Positions 39,379 to 49,324 of a stretch of 64,000 nt of DNA are shown piece by piece. The notes beneath the pieces were generated by a model, which was not told the DNA's origin, searched no databases, and was given only the letters and a program-made list of their open reading frames with translations. Numbering within the stretch: the first letter of the stretch is position 1; every line of letters begins with the position of its first letter. Both the position numbers and the translations under genes were made by a program. The stretch is from Polyangiaceae bacterium. Lineage in GTDB: Bacteria; Myxococcota_A; Polyangia; Polyangiales; Polyangiaceae. The stretch covers positions 1-64,000 of the forward strand of contig JANRKO010000045.1 of NCBI GenBank assembly GCA_033763455.1, given 5' to 3'.

Positions 39379-40152
39379 TCAGCCGTCTTTGACGATCTTT
39401 GCGTGCCGCTCCACCTGCTCGAAATAGAAGCTTGAGAGCGAACGCTGCAGCTTCTGTCGAGCGTGAAACAAACGGCTCATCACTGTGCCCTTTGAAACGT
39501 GCGTGGCTTCGGCGATCTCTTCGTAACTCAGGCCGTGAAGCTCACGCAGCACGATGGCCGACCTGTGATACGCGGGAAGTTCGTCGAGCGCCTCTTGCAC
39601 CCGGTGGGAGATCTCCTGACGGCGCAAGATTTCCCACGGATCCCCGCCGCGGCTCCCGCCAAAGAGCTGAGGGAAGCGCTCAAGTGAACTCTCCATACCC
39701 TCTTCGAACGAGGTCTCCCGGCGCAACGGCTTGCGCATGAGATCAATCGAAAGATTGCTCACGATGCGATACAACCACGTAAAAAAGCTTGAGCTACCGT
39801 TGAAGCGGGACAACCCCCGATAGACTCGCAAGAAGGCTTCTTGAACGATTTCTTGAGCGCTCTGTTCGTCACGCACAAGGCCCAGAGCAATTGCGTGCGC
39901 TCGGCCCTGATAGCGCTCAATGAGCGAACGGAACGCAACTTCATCGCCGCCGCGAGCTAATGCGACCAGAGCCAGATCCCTCTCTGGCTCGCTCAGCGAG
40001 CTCTCTGCCCTGGCTGGGCGAGGCTCAGCTTCCTTCGGAAGGCGGACGTTCCGGGTGGACCTGGAAACAAGGCGCGGACGGGGCCGCGGCCTACTGATCT
40101 CCGCACGCGACCAGAGAAGCGAACGGGTTTGAAGCGGCGTTGCAGCCATCAC
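39379..40152 (-). CDS. ECF RNA polymerase sigma factor (RpoE-like)
   Basis: Region 2 QEAFLRVYR...FFTWLYRIVSN; region 4 GLSYEEIA...GTVMSRLFHAR; true start may be further downstream. Confidence 0.93.
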   Translation of the reverse strand: MMAATPLQTRSLLWSRAEISRPRPRPRLVSRSTRNVRLPKEAEPRPARAESSLSEPERDLALVALARGGDEVAFRSLIERYQGRAHAIALGLVRDEQSAQEIVQEAFLRVYRGLSRFNGSSSFFTWLYRIVSNLSIDLMRKPLRRETSFEEGMESSLERFPQLFGGSRGGDPWEILRRQEISHRVQEALDELPAYHRSAIVLRELHGLSYEEIAEATHVSKGTVMSRLFHARQKLQRSLSSFYFEQVERHAKIVKDG

Positions 40153-40224
40153 CCGTAAGCTACGGAGGGCCGCCTAAGATCCCCCCCACGGGAGGCGCTA
40201 AAGACCGGAATTACCTGTGGGGGG

Positions 40225-40545
40225 CTAGGCCCCGCGCGCGGCCTTGGCCCGGGCTTCGGCGTGCTGATGAGTCAACTCGAAGATCGCCTGCGCGAGCAGC
40301 CGCTCCTCTTCACCCGTCAGGTTGCCCCGCGTTTTCTCCTGGAGCAAAACGAGTAAGTCGATGGATTGCTTGGCCATGGCCAGGCTGCGCCACGTTTCTT
40401 CGGGTGCCAGCGAGGGCGCGTCGTCGAAGTGGACGTGCGCCGAGTGGGTCAGAGACAAGATGAATGTGGCGAAGTCGATCGCCGGCAGGGACTCGTCCGC
40501 GCCAACTTTCTTCGGATCAGCGGTTAAAGGCTTTTCCCCACTCAT
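40225..40545 (-). CDS. DUF1844-like protein
   Basis: IDFATFILSL...AKQSIDLL..LQEKTRGNLT.EE. Confidence 0.85.
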   Translation of the reverse strand: MSGEKPLTADPKKVGADESLPAIDFATFILSLTHSAHVHFDDAPSLAPEETWRSLAMAKQSIDLLVLLQEKTRGNLTGEEERLLAQAIFELTHQHAEARAKAARGA

Positions 40546-40892
40546 TCCTCAGCCTTCGCTCCATCGTCGGGAGCGTCCTCATCGTCTTCATCCTCATCGT
40601 CGTCCGCTTCATCCTCATCCTCGTCGTCGTCGTCGTCGTCGGCAGCGAGGTTGGACTCAGGTGCCGGCACGGCACGGGGCCCTGTGGGACGAGCTTCCGA
40701 TGCCGAAGCTGCGGCTTCTGCAGACACCAGAGCCGGCTGCGGGAACGGCAGATCTTCAGCTTCGTCCGACAGATCTTTTAGCCCTTCGGTGTGGGCCGTC
40801 ACAGCCTCGGGCGTCAATGCGCCCCGACGGAGTTGGCGGTCGCGAACTCGAACATCGTATTTGGCTAGGTCCATCTGATCTTTCATTTTCAC
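40542..40892 (-). CDS. hypothetical protein with a poly-acidic tail
   Basis: YDVRVRDRQL N-terminal domain, D/E-rich C-terminus, ATGA coupling to the next gene. Confidence 0.75.
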   Translation of the reverse strand: MKMKDQMDLAKYDVRVRDRQLRRGALTPEAVTAHTEGLKDLSDEAEDLPFPQPALVSAEAAASASEARPTGPRAVPAPESNLAADDDDDDEDEDEADDDEDEDDEDAPDDGAKAEE

Positions 40893-40949
40893 TCCTGGCC
40901 GCGCAGGTGGTTCGGGTAAGTCCCAAAGTCACGCTGGGGGGCCACCGTC

Positions 40950-41513
40950 CTAGCGTCTTCGGGCCCCACGAAGCAAGCGGTCCGGAGGGATGAGCTTTGG
41001 CCCTGGGACGTCCGGGGCTAGCTCAGCTTGAGCCTCTGCGAGCTCCTCGGGCGTTGCGGGCCGGACCTCGTCTACCACAAGCTCAATGCGGATGTCCTGG
41101 CCGGCGAGAGGGTGATTGGTATCAAGCACAGCCACGTCTTCGCCGAGCTCCAGCACGCTTAAGAGCAAGAGCGCCCCTTCTTCGCCTTCTGCCTCGAAAC
41201 GATCCCCCACCTGTACTTCCGGAGGCAGCTCTTCGCGATCCACTTCGATCACGCCTTCTGGCGAACGAGGCCCAAAAGCATCTTCGGGCTTGAGCGTAAC
41301 CGTCTTCGTATCGCCCTTGGACGCGCCCTCCAACGCGATCTCGACGGCCTGCGGAAGCTGGCCGTACCCAAACAGAAAACCCAATCCCTCTGGCACAGAT
41401 TCCGCCAACTCCTCCCCCTCAGCATCGTACAGGGTGTAGCTGAGAATGACGTAAGTGTCAGGACCAACCTGAAACTCAGGCTGAACGGTGGATCGAGGGG
41501 CGCGGGGGGGCAT
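40950..41513 (-). CDS. slyD: FKBP-type peptidyl-prolyl isomerase, SlyD-like (no His-rich tail)
   Basis: PEDAFG, LDTNHPLAGQ, VRPATPEE. Confidence 0.88.
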   Translation of the reverse strand: MPPRAPRSTVQPEFQVGPDTYVILSYTLYDAEGEELAESVPEGLGFLFGYGQLPQAVEIALEGASKGDTKTVTLKPEDAFGPRSPEGVIEVDREELPPEVQVGDRFEAEGEEGALLLLSVLELGEDVAVLDTNHPLAGQDIRIELVVDEVRPATPEELAEAQAELAPDVPGPKLIPPDRLLRGARRR

Positions 41514-41566
41514 GGTGTGGCGAAGGGCGGAGAGAACTACAACTCGGTCGAGCTGGCAATTGCGCG

Positions 41567-41836
41567 TCACGGCGGGGAGCCGCCGGGCTCCTCAGGCCCC
41601 TCGACGGAGGTCACGAGCAGTACGGTTAGGGCGAGCTCCAGCTCTTCGGCTGTCAACTTTCGGCTTTTCTGGTCTAGCTCCCGTTTGAATGCGCCAAGAC
41701 GCGCACCAAACAACCGCATGCGCTGGCGCTCCGCCGGGTCCGACTCTGCCTGAACAAACCGTGCCACGATGGTCCGAAGTTCTACGAGGTCCCAGTCCAT
41801 GAGCGTGGCGAGCTGCGTGGCTAACGGGTGCGGCAT
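41567..41836 (-). CDS. small hypothetical protein
   Basis: 89-aa helical ORF co-oriented upstream of slyD. Confidence 0.55.
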   Translation of the reverse strand: MPHPLATQLATLMDWDLVELRTIVARFVQAESDPAERQRMRLFGARLGAFKRELDQKSRKLTAEELELALTVLLVTSVEGPEEPGGSPP

Positions 41837-41889
41837 GGGTAAAAGCGTAGCATGCGCGCCATTGCTTGCGCGAACGCTGCCCGCTAGCC

Positions 41890-43095
41890 ATGGTGGGCTC
41901 GGAAGTGCACCAGTTCTTAACAAGCCCCGGTTGGATCACACGTAGCTTTGCCCAAGCCTTGCTTGCGAGTGGGCTCTGCTGCGCGTGCCAAAAACACGCG
42001 GATCGCGCTCCGCCCCCGCCATCGAACCACACGCAACCAAAAAGCCAACTCAAATCACCGAAGCGAGAGCCTGTCTCCGGAGAAACTATCGATATCCCCG
42101 GGGGGGCATTTCTGGCTGGCTCCCTTCCCGGCGAGCCGGGGCGCATCCCAGTGCTTGAGCCACGCCGCCACGAAGTGGAACTTGGGCCGTTCCGGATGGA
42201 TCGACTCCCGTTCCCGAACAACCCAACCCAACCCGCGAAAACAGGGGTGACGCGAGCGGAGGCCGAGCGCTTGTGCGTGGAAGCTGGAGCGCGCTTGTGT
42301 ACCGAACTGGAATGGGAACGCGCGTGCAAAGGGCCGGGAAACGACACCTACGTTACGGGCGCCAATTGGGACGAAGCCTGCGCGAAAACGCCCACGCGCT
42401 GCGCTTCCGGCTTTGACGTATTGGCACTAGGTGTCACGCGCGGCGAGTGGGTCCGCGGAGAGGTGCACCAGAAGGGTGGAAAGCAATTGGCGGTAGCTCG
42501 CGGAGCTCGCTCGGCGGTAAACGGTGGTCCCCGCTGCGCTCTACGCACGCCCCTGGCGCCTGACACCTCGGGTACGGATCTCGGTTTCCGTTGTTGCCAC
42601 GGTGCACCTAATGCCGCCAGCGTTACGGCACCCGAGCGGGGTGAGGTCTTCGAGAAATTAGCCCTGCCTGCGGAACGGTTAAAAAAACTGCTTCTTTCTG
42701 AGCCACGCACCGAAGCACTAGCTACCGATTTGGTTTACTTTCGAGAGCCAGACGCGGCCAACACGGTAATCTCCCGCGGGCCGGGAGATCGGCAGGGCTT
42801 CTTATTCACGGTGGCGCCGTTAATTTGGCGTCCTGTAGCGGGCGCCGAATATCTCGTCGTGAGTGCGCGTTCGGGCAAAGACACCTCGTTTGTGCTCGCA
42901 TATTATGTCCTCGGCAAAGACGAATACAAGCTAGCCGCAAGCTTCGTGATGCGTGACGAAGTAGGGCCAGTTGCCTTCGCCTATAGCCCCAGCATTCAGC
43001 CGCGCATGCACTTTAGCTCGTGCTGGGGCTGCCCCGGCGAAACGGGCAAGCTCCTCTATCGTGACCCGGATACAGTCGCGATTGTTCAGCCGTGA
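41890..43095 (+). CDS. FGE-sulfatase (SUMF1/EgtB/PvdO) domain lipoprotein
   Basis: IPGGAF, RLCTELEWERACKG, LGFRCC; signal region with Cys. Confidence 0.85.
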   Translation: MVGSEVHQFLTSPGWITRSFAQALLASGLCCACQKHADRAPPPPSNHTQPKSQLKSPKREPVSGETIDIPGGAFLAGSLPGEPGRIPVLEPRRHEVELGPFRMDRLPFPNNPTQPAKTGVTRAEAERLCVEAGARLCTELEWERACKGPGNDTYVTGANWDEACAKTPTRCASGFDVLALGVTRGEWVRGEVHQKGGKQLAVARGARSAVNGGPRCALRTPLAPDTSGTDLGFRCCHGAPNAASVTAPERGEVFEKLALPAERLKKLLLSEPRTEALATDLVYFREPDAANTVISRGPGDRQGFLFTVAPLIWRPVAGAEYLVVSARSGKDTSFVLAYYVLGKDEYKLAASFVMRDEVGPVAFAYSPSIQPRMHFSSCWGCPGETGKLLYRDPDTVAIVQP

Positions 43096-43169
43096 TCGTT
43101 CCGCCGTAAACAGAAAGGGCGGGCAAGGGCTGTCGGACGGCCCGGGCATTCGCTAGCCTCACGGCCCGC

Positions 43170-44168
43170 ATGACCTCCCACGGGCCTCCCCTTCATGTCT
43201 GCTCGCGCTCACTCTGGCGAACACACTTGCTGAGCGTGGTAGCGGCAGTTCTGAGCTTACAGAGTTGCTCGATCGTTTTCTCCGAGCCGGCCCCACGTGC
43301 TCCGGAAGCCGAGAAGCCTCCACGCTGCGGCGTACGGTTGGGCCTAGCGGTGGCGGACCTCGGTTTTGTCGGGCTCGCTACTTCTGTGGCCACGGCCGAC
43401 CTTGTAGGCAACAACGTGCGCAAGGATCGCGCGACGGCTCTGCTTGCAGATGGTGCGGTCGCGGCGCTGTTCTTGGCTTCGGCGGTGTACGGCCTCAGTG
43501 AAGCTGAGGAATGCAGGGCTACTTTCGCACCGAAGGAGGCTCCGGAGCGTGAAGGGCCGAGGGCCCAGCCGTCGAGCACTTACAGGTCAACGCATGTACC
43601 TTCACCGAGCACGAGTGCAGAGCCGCAATATGCGGCCCCTTCAGGTGGTGCCGGGTTCGTATTTGGTGAGTCGCCGGAGCAGGCGCTGGCCCGCTGCAGC
43701 AGGAACGGAGGGGCATGGTCAACCGATGAAGGTGCTGCCACGTGCACCTGGCTTCGGGATCAGAACTCGGTGAGGGTGCAGCTTAATTTCTGCCCCGTGC
43801 CGTCGAATCCTGCCGCTCCCGCGCTCTGCCGCGTCTTATTCGAAACCTCCCCGCAGACCACCGACGCGTCGGTGTGGCGTCGACTCGTAACCTCACTCCA
43901 GGGACAGCTGCGTCGGCGCTTCGGGCCCACTCATGATCAGAAGGTTCGCTATCCGGAGTCCTGCAAGGCCACTGCTAGTTTCTATCAGTGTTTGGTCGAC
44001 GGCCAAATCGCATTCCGAGAGTTGTGGGGCTGGAAGGACGGCCACCGAGTAACGCTTGTCATGGACAAAGGTGGCAACCCGGGGCAACCCAGCGTTCGAA
44101 TCAGCTACGAGTCCGGCGCCTTCGCTCAAACGGCCAGCCACGACCTTCCAGAAGGGCCTACACCGTGA
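43170..44168 (+). CDS. hypothetical lipoprotein
   Basis: LQSC lipobox-like site, two hydrophobic helices, Cys-containing C-terminal domain. Confidence 0.65.
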   Translation: MTSHGPPLHVCSRSLWRTHLLSVVAAVLSLQSCSIVFSEPAPRAPEAEKPPRCGVRLGLAVADLGFVGLATSVATADLVGNNVRKDRATALLADGAVAALFLASAVYGLSEAEECRATFAPKEAPEREGPRAQPSSTYRSTHVPSPSTSAEPQYAAPSGGAGFVFGESPEQALARCSRNGGAWSTDEGAATCTWLRDQNSVRVQLNFCPVPSNPAAPALCRVLFETSPQTTDASVWRRLVTSLQGQLRRRFGPTHDQKVRYPESCKATASFYQCLVDGQIAFRELWGWKDGHRVTLVMDKGGNPGQPSVRISYESGAFAQTASHDLPEGPTP

Positions 44169-44286
44169 ACCACCGGCTCCCACCCTTCCCTTTTCACCGT
44201 CGCGCCCCGGGCGCGATCTACAGATCTTTAGAGGAGCGTTGCCCAGGGTGGGCTCGCTTCGAGTTTGCTACAAGCTACGTTAGAAG

Positions 44287-45084
44287 GTGAGCATTCAAGT
44301 GCGCAACTGCCTCCATTACACACTCTTTGTCCTAGCGCTCGTCTCTTCTTCCACCGCACGCGCGCAAACGCCGGATGAGGCAACACAGCCGACCCCGCTG
44401 GAAGCGGCTCCAGCTCCGCAGCTTCCTCCAGCCGCCGCGCCTACTCCGGGAGCGCCCCCACCGAGCGCGAGCGCAGTTTCGCCCCAAAACGCGCAGGCTG
44501 CTCCAGCCACAAGTGAATCCAGGGCCCAAGCAGCAACCTTCGACGGCAAAGCTGGGACCATAGGCAACGTTCGGCTGGTCTTAAGCGCAGAATCGATCGC
44601 GAGCGTCTGGTATACCCGCTTCAAGGAAGACGATGCCAACGCGGCCTCAAGCCATATCCACTTCCAGCTTTTGTCCTTGTCGGAGCTCGGCGCGGACTAC
44701 TTATTTGAAGGCACACCGATTTGGACGCTGGGGGGGCAAGTGCGGCTTGACGGAGGGTGGTCACGCAATGACGACAGGGTGACCTCTTCCAACCGCTCCT
44801 TCGCCATCACCCCACGAGGCGGAGTGATTCTCGGAGACGGCGACGCCATTAGAATTTGGTTACGGGCAGGTATTGCCTATGGACACATCAACAACGACTC
44901 GGACAGCAGCAGCAGCGTGGGTATTGTGCTGAGCCCGAACGTGATTGTTTCGCCGGCACCGCACGTGGCGCTTACTTTTGGTCCGATGGTGAGGGCAGAT
45001 TCCGTATCGTACCAAGGCGGCGCTCGCCCCGGTTACACTACCGTTCAGTTGGAGTTGCGGAGCGGCATCTCACTTCTGCTATGA
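44287..45084 (+). CDS. putative outer-membrane beta-barrel protein with a Pro/Ala-rich N-terminus
   Basis: Signal peptide (ARA-Q), amphipathic beta strands, terminal strand LRSGISLLL. Confidence 0.7.
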   Translation: MSIQVRNCLHYTLFVLALVSSSTARAQTPDEATQPTPLEAAPAPQLPPAAAPTPGAPPPSASAVSPQNAQAAPATSESRAQAATFDGKAGTIGNVRLVLSAESIASVWYTRFKEDDANAASSHIHFQLLSLSELGADYLFEGTPIWTLGGQVRLDGGWSRNDDRVTSSNRSFAITPRGGVILGDGDAIRIWLRAGIAYGHINNDSDSSSSVGIVLSPNVIVSPAPHVALTFGPMVRADSVSYQGGARPGYTTVQLELRSGISLLL

Positions 45085-45237
45085 GAGATCCAGCCCCTCC
45101 CGCGTCTCCCGCTTTCGGGGACGCTTGGCGAGGGGCAAGCTGCCACGCTCCGTGGCAGCTGGGGAGGGCATCAAAAAATGCAACCCAATCGCCTGTTGCC
45201 AGCGGCCCCAAGCTCGCGCTACGTGAGCCGAGAGACC

Positions 45238-46011
45238 ATGTCGGTGGGACAGCAGAGAGCAAGGTGCGCATTCTTAACTCTGCTGCTCTGTGGCGGGTGT
45301 GGGGGTGAGGCGAACGGTCGATTGGAGGTTGGTTCCGTGGTGGCCCCGCTCTACGCAGGCGTAGAGGTTCGGTACAAGGCCGTGGCTCACGGTGAGGCTT
45401 GTGATGCGCCCGGAGAGGGCGAAGTGAGCGGGCCAGCCTCGCGAGGGCCAGGGCTCGATCGCTTGGACTACGTGTTCGCGTTTTCGCGGGACTACCTGGA
45501 GCTTCCAGCGGGCCGCTATGGGATTTGCGCCACTGTCTACGACACACGGGGACAGTTAGAGGCGCGCTGCCCCACATCCGCCATCGAGGTGAAGGTTACA
45601 GCGAATGTTACGTCCACCGCTTACATCGGCATCGTGTGTGATCCGGTGCTCGATGAGAAAACGGGTCACGCGTACACGGTGACGCCACTCGTAGATTCTT
45701 TCGGCGAGGCCAGCACCGTAGCTCAACAGATGGGCGGACACCTCGTCTATATCGACGACATGGACGAGAATATGATGCTCGGCAACCATTTTTCCCGCCG
45801 AAAATGGATGGGGTTCTGGGATCCAGACGGCGACCGAACCTTCGAATGGCTCGACGGAAAGGCGCGCTCCTTCTCGAATTTCTGCGCGGGTGAGCCCAAC
45901 ACCCAGGCCGGTGAATATTACGCCGAGTGGGGGATGGGGTATGCCGATACCAGCTATTGCTGGAACAACGAAGCGTACGGGCCACGCCAGGGCATTGTGG
46001 AGTTTGAGTAA
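45238..46011 (+). CDS. lipoprotein with a C-terminal C-type lectin domain
   Basis: GHAY...GGHLVYI...WMG...FEWLDG...NFCAGEPN...WNN; GGC lipobox. Confidence 0.85.
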   Translation: MSVGQQRARCAFLTLLLCGGCGGEANGRLEVGSVVAPLYAGVEVRYKAVAHGEACDAPGEGEVSGPASRGPGLDRLDYVFAFSRDYLELPAGRYGICATVYDTRGQLEARCPTSAIEVKVTANVTSTAYIGIVCDPVLDEKTGHAYTVTPLVDSFGEASTVAQQMGGHLVYIDDMDENMMLGNHFSRRKWMGFWDPDGDRTFEWLDGKARSFSNFCAGEPNTQAGEYYAEWGMGYADTSYCWNNEAYGPRQGIVEFE

Positions 46012-46012
46012 G

Positions 46013-47200
46013 ATGAATGTCCCGCACAGGCATAAGCTAGTGTTGCCGATTTTCATGCTCTGGGGCTGCACTCTGGAGAGCGCGAACGTGCAAGAGTTCG
46101 CGCTTGGTGGTCAGCACAGTTGCGCACTTCTTGGTGATGGCAGTGTGAAGTGCTGGGGATTTCGCGGTGGAGGCGCGGTGGGGGACGGCAAGCCACTAGG
46201 ACACGGCTTTCCGGATATTCAGACGAGCGCCGTAAGCGTGCAGGGCCTGGGCGCGCGAGCCACTCAGATTACTGCCGGCTGGAATTGGTCTTGTGCACTC
46301 CTTGAGACGGGCGCGGTGAAGTGTTGGGGGACGCCGGTGGGTGGAGCGATCTCGGATTTGCCGGACCCAGCAATGGCGGGACGCCCTACCACCGTGCCCG
46401 GCCTGGAGGCGAACGTCCAAGCGATCTCGGGGCAGTTCATCACAGCATGCGCCTTGAAAACAGACGGGAGTGTTTGGTGCTGGGGAGAGAACAATTTGCA
46501 ATGGGTAGAGCCAAAGGGATGGCAAAAGGCGCCTGTGTTGATTTCGTTCCCGCTGCCGGCACGGCTCATCGCCACTGGTAGTACCGATCTTTGCACCGTC
46601 TTGCTCGACAATAGTATTTGGTGTTCGTCGAGCGAGGGTCCGGCACGGCTTCTGCAGTTGCCCAACGTCGAGTGGCAAGCGCTCGCTGTAGGTGGAAACT
46701 ACGCTTGCGCGCTTGCGCCAGGGGGCGCTCTTTACTGTTGGAATGGCGCACCGCCGTTGAAGAAGTCCCACTACGACGACAGCTCCATCTTGCTGATGGA
46801 GCTGGACGCTCCCGTTGCGCAGATGGGACTCGGTTGGAGCCACGCTTGTGCCATTTTCGAGGGACCGTCTTCTGGCCAGCCAATAGATCCGCTTCGCGGG
46901 AACCTAGGGGGCACCCTGGGCGGTCGCATGCGCTGCTGGGGTTATGGTGTCGCTGGTGTGTTGGGAGCCAGCATCGCAACGCGGCGGACCTGCGCCGACG
47001 ACAATGAAGCGTGCGTCTCGGACACGCCGGTCGCCCCAGTTGGCCTGGGTGACGTGAAGCGCATTGGCGCGGGCTATGCCCGAACCTGTGCTGAACAGAC
47101 CGACGGGCAGGTGTTCTGCTGGGGCGATAACCTCACGGGCGCCTTGGGCAACGGGAATCGTTGGGACAGCTTCACCCCCACACGAGTGCATGGCCTCTGA
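46013..47200 (+). CDS. RCC1-repeat (beta-propeller) lipoprotein
   Basis: Repeated HSCALL.DG.VKCWG units; LWGC lipobox. Confidence 0.88.
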   Translation: MNVPHRHKLVLPIFMLWGCTLESANVQEFALGGQHSCALLGDGSVKCWGFRGGGAVGDGKPLGHGFPDIQTSAVSVQGLGARATQITAGWNWSCALLETGAVKCWGTPVGGAISDLPDPAMAGRPTTVPGLEANVQAISGQFITACALKTDGSVWCWGENNLQWVEPKGWQKAPVLISFPLPARLIATGSTDLCTVLLDNSIWCSSSEGPARLLQLPNVEWQALAVGGNYACALAPGGALYCWNGAPPLKKSHYDDSSILLMELDAPVAQMGLGWSHACAIFEGPSSGQPIDPLRGNLGGTLGGRMRCWGYGVAGVLGASIATRRTCADDNEACVSDTPVAPVGLGDVKRIGAGYARTCAEQTDGQVFCWGDNLTGALGNGNRWDSFTPTRVHGL

Positions 47201-47201
47201 G

Positions 47202-49223
47202 CTAGCGCGGCCAGACTCTGGTGGGTTCACTGTTCCAGGCCTTCTGCGCGCCTATTTGACCGTCTGAATCGTTACCCCAGCAGTAGAGCTGCCGGCTCTG
47301 ATTGAGTGCGCAGGTGTGTGTGGGGCCCGCCTCCACGTGCTTCCAATCGGTGGACGTCCCAACCTGCACCGGCACGTTGCTGCCCTCCAACACTTGAACG
47401 CCGAGCTGGCTACTCGCGTTCAGGCCCCAGCAAAAGAGCGCACCATCGGTGCGAATGGCGCACGTGTGCAAGCTGGCGCTCACCTGAGACCAAAGCTCGG
47501 TGCCAATGCGCACCGGGAGTTGCTCGGGGTCCCTGGTGCCTGTGCCTAGTGCCCCATAGTACCCCGAGCCCCAACACCAAAGGCTCTGATCCAAAGCGAT
47601 AGCGCACGTGCTGTTATTGCCTGCGGTGACCTCCAAGTAGTCACGCTCCGGCGTTACTGCCTGGGGTGTCGACTGAAATCCCTGAGCTGCCACTCCCAGA
47701 GCGCCCTCGTTCCCCCAGCAAAATAGTTTGTGCGTTGGACTGATACCACACATGTGGTTCGTTCCCACCGAAACCGATTGCCACAAATCCGTGCCTACCT
47801 TTTGGGGTTGTGTGGTCTCAGTCGATCTCTCGCAATAGAGTGCATTATCTTCGGCAATCGCACAGCGCGCGAAATTATTGACGGCCAACTGGCGAAAGAC
47901 TCCAGCGTCCCAGGTTCGCTGCAGCCCATCGGGCGACCCCACGCAGGTCACCATTCCCTTGCTGAGCGTGCACGTCACGTCACTAGTCGATCCGATTTGC
48001 TCTCCGAGCGCCTCGGTTTCCACGGGAAAGCCACCTGGCAGGTCACTGCCCCAGCAGAGGATTTTCCCCTGCTCAATCCCACAGGTGGACTTGGCTCCAA
48101 GGACCACCGAGTCCCTCGCGGGGCCCACGACCAGTTGTGGCGTGCTTCTCACTCGTTCCCGCCCTGCGCCCAGCTGCGCCAAGTGATCTCGGCCCCAGCA
48201 CCAGGCCTCACCAGCCTCGTTGATGGCGCACGTGTGCGATCGGCCCGTCGCCACCGCAACCCAATCCATTGCGCTGCCCACCTGCACGAGCACACTCGTT
48301 TCTTCACGCCTGAGCGCGTTGCCGAGCTGACCAAAAGGATTCTTCCCCGAGCACCAGAGCGAACCATCGAGTGCGACTCCGCAGAAATGCTCATACGACA
48401 CCGGGGCTTCGGACTTCCATTCTCTCGGGGTACGTTGCGAGTGACACCAGCGCGAGCCATCCGCTTTTCGGGCACACGGAAAGCCACCGTCGACGCTGAG
48501 CGCCACCCAGTCCGCTTCCGTGGGAGGAAGACTGACCAGGTCGTTTGAGCACCAAACCTTCCCTGCTTGCTCCAACGCGCAAACGGACTGTGTTGCAAAA
48601 ACGACTTGCCGAAAAGCGCGAGCGGGCTCTACCAATATGGGAACCAATACGCTCGGAGATGCGATCGTAACTCCCTCCCCGGGGATCTTGGCGCCGTAAA
48701 CGTCACCCCAGCAATACAGCTTGCCTTGAGCGTTGAGTGCGCAACTCCTGCTCGCGCCTGCGGCCACATCCAGCCAGCCCCCACGATCTACCAGGGCTGG
48801 TGCTGAGTGGGCACCTCGCGTCCCGTCCCCCAGTTCGCCGTCCTCATTGTTGCCCCAACAGAATAACGCTCCCAGACGGATGCCACACGTGTGCCTAGCA
48901 CCCGCACTCACGCGCTCCCAGCCGGCTTCCCCCGAAACCCGAGTAGGCCGATCGACCGCAGCTGTGACGAACCCAGCCCCGACTTGGCCGTAGCTATTGG
49001 CTCCCCAACACCATAGGCTCGCGTCTTGGCGAATGCCGCACGAGTGATCGCCGGAACTTGAAATGGCGATAAAGCCACCGGCGCGGTTCGAGGCGGCTTC
49101 ATCGTTGGGAAATGGATCGGACTGAAAAGTCTTCTGCACGTGGATCTGGGAGGGAAAGCCCTCCTCGCCACAGGCGGTCAGCGGCAGTGTTGCCGCTAGG
49201 ATCCAACCAAACTTCGTGTGCAT
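47202..49223 (-). CDS. RCC1-repeat lipoprotein, probably two propellers
   Basis: Many HTC...L.CWG.N..GQLG repeats; LTAC lipobox; RBS GGAGGG. Confidence 0.9.
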   Translation of the reverse strand: MHTKFGWILAATLPLTACGEEGFPSQIHVQKTFQSDPFPNDEAASNRAGGFIAISSSGDHSCGIRQDASLWCWGANSYGQVGAGFVTAAVDRPTRVSGEAGWERVSAGARHTCGIRLGALFCWGNNEDGELGDGTRGAHSAPALVDRGGWLDVAAGASRSCALNAQGKLYCWGDVYGAKIPGEGVTIASPSVLVPILVEPARAFRQVVFATQSVCALEQAGKVWCSNDLVSLPPTEADWVALSVDGGFPCARKADGSRWCHSQRTPREWKSEAPVSYEHFCGVALDGSLWCSGKNPFGQLGNALRREETSVLVQVGSAMDWVAVATGRSHTCAINEAGEAWCWGRDHLAQLGAGRERVRSTPQLVVGPARDSVVLGAKSTCGIEQGKILCWGSDLPGGFPVETEALGEQIGSTSDVTCTLSKGMVTCVGSPDGLQRTWDAGVFRQLAVNNFARCAIAEDNALYCERSTETTQPQKVGTDLWQSVSVGTNHMCGISPTHKLFCWGNEGALGVAAQGFQSTPQAVTPERDYLEVTAGNNSTCAIALDQSLWCWGSGYYGALGTGTRDPEQLPVRIGTELWSQVSASLHTCAIRTDGALFCWGLNASSQLGVQVLEGSNVPVQVGTSTDWKHVEAGPTHTCALNQSRQLYCWGNDSDGQIGAQKAWNSEPTRVWPR

Positions 49224-49324
49224 GTTTCCCTCCGAGGACGCGTCGCTGGGTTCCACATGCCCAGGCCCTCAGTGGATGTCAACAGGCCCAGCTTCTGCCC
49301 TGGCACCGCCTAGGGTGCCCACGT

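Noticed and set aside
40575..40640. TCG/TCA/TCC trinucleotide-like repeat
   Set aside because: It simply encodes the Asp/Glu tail of the 40542-40892 protein.
41890..46011. Diversity-generating retroelement targets (FGE and C-type lectin folds)
   Set aside because: No TR/VR repeat pair with adenine-specific mismatches was noticed and there is no DGR RT; the only retroelement trace is a group II intron end.
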